Shown here piece by piece: positions 53,846 to 58,166 of a stretch of 58,166 nt of DNA. The position numbers and the translations under genes are program-made. Within the stretch, counting starts at the first letter, position 1; each line of letters starts with the position of its first letter. The stretch is from Rhizobacter sp. GTDB lineage: Bacteria; Pseudomonadota; Gammaproteobacteria; Burkholderiales; Burkholderiaceae_C. The stretch lies in NCBI GenBank assembly GCA_025355545.1, contig JANXZN010000157.1:1-58166 (forward strand), read 5' to 3'. The notes beneath the pieces are model-generated. The model saw only the letters and a program-made list of their open reading frames with translations, was not told the origin of the DNA and ran no database searches.

Positions 53846-54958
53846 TCAGCCGCCGATGTAGTGCATCTCGACGCGGCGCTCGCCGTCGGCCATCGCCACG
53901 CCGGCGCTGCGCAGTTCCGAGTAGCGATCGGCGCGTTGTTGCCAGATCAGGCCGATCGCGGCGGCGATCTGCGCGTCGCTGCATTCGCCACGCAGCAGCG
54001 CGCGCAGATCGTGGCCGTGGCTCGCGAACAGGCACAGGAACAGCTTGCCCTCGGTCGACAGCCGCGCGCGGTTGCAGTCGGCGCAGAAAGCCTGGGTAAC
54101 GCTGGAGATCACGCCGATTTCGCCGCCGCCATCCGTGTAGCGCCAGCGCTCGGCGGTTTCGCCCAGGACCGTGGGCTCGAGCTCGTGCAGCGGCAACTCG
54201 GCATGGATGCGCGCGACGACCTCGCTGGAAGGCAGCACCTCGTCCATGCGCCAGCCGTTGGTCGCGCCGACATCCATGTACTCGATGAAGCGCAGCACTG
54301 TGCCGCTGCCCCTGAAGTGGCGCGCCATCGGCAGGATCTGGTCGTCGTTGGTGCCGCGCTTGACGACCATGTTGACCTTGATCGGCCCGAGCCCCGCGGC
54401 CTGCGCGGCGTCGATCCCGGCCAGCACCTCGTGCACCGGAAAGTCGGCGTCGTTCATGCGGCGGAACACCGTGTCGTCGAGCGCGTCGAGGCTGACGGTG
54501 ATGCGCTGCAGGCCGGCATCCTTCAGCGCCTGCGCCTTGCGCGCCAGCACCGAGCCGTTGGTGGTCAAGGTCAGGTCGAGCGGGGCCCCGTCGGGCGTGC
54601 GCAGCGCGCTGAGCATGCCGATCAGCACCTCCAGGTTCTTGCGCAGCAGGGGCTCGCCGCCGGTGAGCCGGATCTTGCGCACGCCATGCGCGACGAAAAT
54701 CCGCGCCGCGCGCGTGATCTCCTCGAAGCTCAGCAGCGACGCATGCGGCAGAAAGCTGTACTGCTTGTCGAAGATCTCCTTCGGCATGCAGTAGCTGCAG
54801 CGGAAGTTGCAGCGGTCGGTGACCGAGATGCGCAAATCGCGCAGGGGGCGCCCGAGTGCATCGCCGAGCAGGCCGGAGGGCGGCGCCGCATCCAGCGGAA
54901 TGCGCGGCACGCTCGCGGCGTAGCGGTGATCGGCGAGAGGAATGACTTTGTCGGCCAT
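53846..54958 (-). CDS. moaA: GTP 3',8-cyclase MoaA
   Basis: [38 protein letters not shown]-terminal IGG. Confidence 0.96.
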   Translation of the reverse strand: MADKVIPLADHRYAASVPRIPLDAAPPSGLLGDALGRPLRDLRISVTDRCNFRCSYCMPKEIFDKQYSFLPHASLLSFEEITRAARIFVAHGVRKIRLTGGEPLLRKNLEVLIGMLSALRTPDGAPLDLTLTTNGSVLARKAQALKDAGLQRITVSLDALDDTVFRRMNDADFPVHEVLAGIDAAQAAGLGPIKVNMVVKRGTNDDQILPMARHFRGSGTVLRFIEYMDVGATNGWRMDEVLPSSEVVARIHAELPLHELEPTVLGETAERWRYTDGGGEIGVISSVTQAFCADCNRARLSTEGKLFLCLFASHGHDLRALLRGECSDAQIAAAIGLIWQQRADRYSELRSAGVAMADGERRVEMHYIGG

Positions 54959-55025
54959 GCGCCAATTGTGCCTCGCGGCGCCGGCCGCACAGGCGTCGCG
55001 GCTGTGGCGGGCCGACCCGGGCGCG

Positions 55026-55724
55026 TCAGCGCAGCGTGACGGCGGGGGCCAGGGTCTGCGGCATCGCCGGCGATGACGACTCGGCGGCGACCTGCTCGGC
55101 CACCGGCTCGGCGCGCCGCGCGCCGGTGAAGCGCTTGGCCCAATAGACGAAACGCATGTCCTCGACACGCACTTCGCCGCCCGGCTTCGGCGCATGAATG
55201 AACTTGCCCTCGCCAACGTAGATGCCGACGTGCGAGAAGGTGCGCCGCAACGTGTTGAAGAACACCAGATCGCCGGGCTGCAACTCGCCGCGCTTGATCG
55301 TGAGAAGCCCGGGCGCCTTGGCCTGCTCGTCGACGCGGCGCGGCAGCGCGAGGCCGAGGCTGGTTTCAAACACCTGGCGCGTGAACCCGCTGCAATCGAA
55401 GCCGCTGTCGGCGGTGTTGCCGCCGCGCTTGTAGCGCACGCCGAGGAAGTTCATCGCGGTCAGCACCATGTCCGAGGCCTTGTCGCGAACCTGTGCGACG
55501 AAACCCGGGCCCGCAGACATTGGTGCGGCCGCGGCGGGGGCGATCAGGCCCTTCTCGACCAGGAAGCGGCTGACCACGTCGGCGGCCGACGCGGCGGCGG
55601 CTGCCGGCGGCAAGTGCGCGTAGTCGGCCGGGGCCGCGAGCACCGGCATTGCCAGCAGCGCCGCCAACCCCAGACCCGCGATACGGCGCGCCTGGGTCGG
55701 ATTGCTGTACCGGATTCTCAACAT
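55026..55724 (-). CDS. NlpC/P60 (C40) peptidoglycan peptidase
   Basis: Signal peptide, GFDCSGF, PGDLVFF, HVGIY, FIHA (Cys-His-His triad). Confidence 0.93.
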   Translation of the reverse strand: MLRIRYSNPTQARRIAGLGLAALLAMPVLAAPADYAHLPPAAAAASAADVVSRFLVEKGLIAPAAAAPMSAGPGFVAQVRDKASDMVLTAMNFLGVRYKRGGNTADSGFDCSGFTRQVFETSLGLALPRRVDEQAKAPGLLTIKRGELQPGDLVFFNTLRRTFSHVGIYVGEGKFIHAPKPGGEVRVEDMRFVYWAKRFTGARRAEPVAEQVAAESSSPAMPQTLAPAVTLR

Positions 55725-55895
55725 GGCGTGCAGCATAGGCCAGCCTCCGGCGCCCGTCAATGTGAAAAAATCTCAATCCCGACAAATACTTGGCGCTGTT
55801 TTGTGATGCGAGAATGAAGAGCTGGCGGCGGCTTGCCCGTGCCGGCAAAAGCGTTGTGCTTGCGCTATCGTGCAGTCTTCTTCAACGGAGCGACC

Positions 55896-56873
55896 ATGTT
55901 CAAGGCTGTGCTGCTCGAAAAGCTCGAATCCGGTTTCCAGGCCTCGCTGAAAGATGTCGACGAGGCCGGTTTGCCGGAGGGCGACGTGCTGGTGCAGGTC
56001 GAGCATTCGACCCTGAACTACAAGGACGGCCTGGCGATCACCAACAAGAGCCCGGTGGTGCGGGTCTGGCCGATGGTGGCGGGCGTCGACGGTGCTGGCA
56101 CGGTGCTCGAGAGCAGCCACCCGGCCTGGAAGCCCGGCGACCGCTTCGTTCACAACGGCTGGGGCGTCGGTGAAACCCGCTGGGGCTGTCTGGCCGAGCG
56201 GGCGCGGTTGATGGGCGACTGGCTGGTGCCGTTGCCGGCGGCGTTCTCGACGCTGCAGGCGATGGCGATCGGCACGGCCGGCTATACCGCGATGCTGTGC
56301 GTGTTGGCGCTCGAGCGCCACGGCGTCAAGGCCGGCGACGGCGAGGTGCTCGTGACCGGCGCGACCGGCGGCGTCGGCAGCGTCGCGGTGGCCTTGCTGG
56401 GCCAGCTCGGCCACCGCGTGACCGCCGCCACCGGCAAGCCCGGCGAGGCCGACTACCTGCGCGCGCTGGGGGCTGCCGGCGTGATCGACCGCGCCGAGTT
56501 GAGCGCGCCCGGCAAGCCCTTGCAGAAGGAGCGCTGGGCTGCGGTGATCGATGCGGTGGGCAGCCACACCCTCGTCAACGCGCTGGCGCAGATGCGCTAC
56601 GGCGGTGTCGTCGCGGCTTGCGGACTCGCGCAGGGCTTCGATCTGCCGGCGACCGTGATGCCGTTCATCCTGCGCAGCGTGACGCTGGCCGGGGTCGACA
56701 GCGTGATGGCGCCGATCGCGGCTCGGCGCGAGGCCTGGGCGCGGCTCGCCGTCGACCTCGACTCGAGCAAGCTTGCGGCGATCACCCAGGTCGTGCCGCT
56801 GAGCCAGGCGATCGCGAAGGCAGGTGATCTGATGCAGGGCAAGGTGCGCGGTCGCATCGTCGTGAAAATCTGA
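55896..56873 (+). CDS. acuI: YhdH/AcuI-family MDR oxidoreductase (acryloyl-CoA reductase-like)
   Basis: [51 protein letters not shown]; GGAG SD. Confidence 0.85.
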   Translation: MFKAVLLEKLESGFQASLKDVDEAGLPEGDVLVQVEHSTLNYKDGLAITNKSPVVRVWPMVAGVDGAGTVLESSHPAWKPGDRFVHNGWGVGETRWGCLAERARLMGDWLVPLPAAFSTLQAMAIGTAGYTAMLCVLALERHGVKAGDGEVLVTGATGGVGSVAVALLGQLGHRVTAATGKPGEADYLRALGAAGVIDRAELSAPGKPLQKERWAAVIDAVGSHTLVNALAQMRYGGVVAACGLAQGFDLPATVMPFILRSVTLAGVDSVMAPIAARREAWARLAVDLDSSKLAAITQVVPLSQAIAKAGDLMQGKVRGRIVVKI

Positions 56874-56883
56874 GGGCTCACAC

Positions 56884-58166
56884 ATGACACGGTATATCGA
56901 CTTTCATCGCCGCTCGCTCGAAGACCGCGACGCGTTCTGGGCCGAACAGGCGCAGCTGATCGACTGGCACCGACCTCTCGAGCGCGTCTGCGACTACGAC
57001 AACCCGCCGTTCGCGAAGTGGTTCGTCGGCGGCCAGACCAACCTGTGCCACAACGCGATCGACCGCCACCTCGCGCAGCGCGCCGATCAGAACGCGCTGA
57101 TCTGGGTCTCGACCGAGACCGACGAGGAGAAGGTCTACAGCTACCGCGAGCTGCATGCAGAAGTGCAGCGCATGGCCGCGTGCCTGCTCGCGCTCGGCAT
57201 CACGCAGGGCGACCGCGTGCTGATCTACATGCCGATGATCGCGCCCGCCGCGTTCGCGATGCTGGCGTGTGCGCGCATCGGCGCGATCCATTCGGTGGTG
57301 TTCGGCGGCTTCGCCAGCGGCAGCCTGGCGAACCGCATCGACGACGCGGAGCCGAGCGTGATCGTCAGCACCGATGCGGGCAGCCGCTCGGGCAAGGTCA
57401 TCGCCTACAAGCCCTTGCTCGACGAGGCGATCCGGCTGGCAACGCACAAGCCTGCCAAGGTGCTGCTCGTCGATCGGGGGCTCGCACCGATGGATCGGAC
57501 CGCCGATCGCGACGTGGACTACGCGACGCTGCGCGCGCAGCACATCGACGCGGTCGTGCCCTGCGTCTGGCTGGACTCGACCGCGCCGAGCTACACGCTC
57601 TACACCAGCGGCACCACCGGCAAGCCCAAGGGTGTGCAGCGCGACACCGGCGGCTACGCGGTGGCGCTGGCCGCGAGCATGAAGCACATCTTTCGCGCCG
57701 ATGCGGGCGACACCTACTTCTGCACCAGCGATATCGGCTGGGTCGTCGGCCACAGCTACATCGTCTACGGGCCTCTGATCGCCGGCGTCGCGACCCTCAT
57801 GTACGAAGGCCTGCCGACGCGGCCCGACGGCGGCATCTGGTGGCAGCTGGTCGAGAAGTACCGGGTCAACCACATGTTCAGCGCGCCGACCGCGATCCGC
57901 GTGCTGAAGAAGCAGGACCCGAAGTACCTGAGCCAGTACGACCTGGGTTCGCTGCGTGCGCTGTACCTCGCCGGCGAGCCGCTCGACGAGCCGACCGCGA
58001 CCTGGATCGCCCAGGCCATCGGCAAGCCCGTGATCGACAACTACTGGCAGACCGAATCCGGCTGGCCGATCCTGACCATCGCGAACGGCATCGAGCCGCT
58101 GCCGAGCAAGTTCGGCAGCCCGGGCTTCGCAATGTACGGCTACGACGTGAAGGTGATCGACGAATC
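56884..58166 (+). CDS. prpE: Propionate--CoA ligase, 5' part; runs off the window and is absent from the ORF track
   Basis: Manual translation: MTRYIDFHRRSLEDRDAFWAEQA..., YTSGTTGKPKGVQRDTGGYAVALAASM, SDIGWVVGHSY, LAGEPLDE, DNYWQTESGWP. Confidence 0.9.
   Translation, partial: MTRYIDFHRRSLEDRDAFWAEQAQLIDWHRPLERVCDYDNPPFAKWFVGGQTNLCHNAIDRHLAQRADQNALIWVSTETDEEKVYSYRELHAEVQRMAACLLALGITQGDRVLIYMPMIAPAAFAMLACARIGAIHSVVFGGFASGSLANRIDDAEPSVIVSTDAGSRSGKVIAYKPLLDEAIRLATHKPAKVLLVDRGLAPMDRTADRDVDYATLRAQHIDAVVPCVWLDSTAPSYTLYTSGTTGKPKGVQRDTGGYAVALAASMKHIFRADAGDTYFCTSDIGWVVGHSYIVYGPLIAGVATLMYEGLPTRPDGGIWWQLVEKYRVNHMFSAPTAIRVLKKQDPKYLSQYDLGSLRALYLAGEPLDEPTATWIAQAIGKPVIDNYWQTESGWPILTIANGIEPLPSKFGSPGFAMYGYDVKVIDE

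Noticed and set aside
53310-54965. 551-aa ORF suggesting a MoaA-GNAT fusion
   Set aside because: MoaA ends at its own stop after the conserved GG in another frame; GNAT starts at 53831
55761-55775. TGTGA-AAAAA-TCTCA as a CRP/FNR-type site
   Set aside because: Spacer is 5 nt rather than the 6 nt of CRP sites and one half-site is mismatched; cannot be assigned

Overview
High-GC (roughly 70% by eye) betaproteobacterial core-genome segment. Gene order and protein features suggest Burkholderiales (Rubrivivax/Piscinibacter/Comamonadaceae-like); this is an inference. It holds about 55 mostly housekeeping genes in this order: lpdA(3' part)-zapE-hypothetical, PP2C phosphatase, DUF465-dinG/yoaA, bamD/rluD, scpB-rluB-ndk-rlmN-pilW-rodZ-ispG-hisS-yfgM-bamB-der-hfq-hflXKC-DUF2065-hisZ-purA-PRTase, tRNA-Leu(CAG), rnr, an SDR, nnr/dadA-like/amidase, rpsB-tsf-pyrH-frr-uppS-cdsA-dxr-rseP-bamA-skp-lpxD-fabZ-lpxA-lpxB-rnhB-TrmH, ppsR/ppsA, GNAT/moaA/NlpC-P60, and acuI(yhdH)-prpE(5' part). 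I see no transposase, integrase, prophage, CRISPR array or defence island. The unexplained structure is intergenic. (1) A small structured repeat headed by GCCGGGCCGCC has three clear copies and one degenerate copy, all next to stop codons. The three clear copies each place a start codon on or beside a stop codon and create a mini-ORF. The copy between DUF465 and dinG is flanked by a TGAGCC duplication and bridges the two genes by GTGA and ATGA overlaps. (2) A ~260-nt hairpin-dense leader upstream of scpB-rluB has alternative long-range pairings. (3) Two tiny stop-to-ATGA bridging ORFs lie at rodZ-ispG and hflK-hflC. (4) Several -10 elements look bidirectional or leaderless. All structure, promoter and homology calls were made by eye and none was computed.
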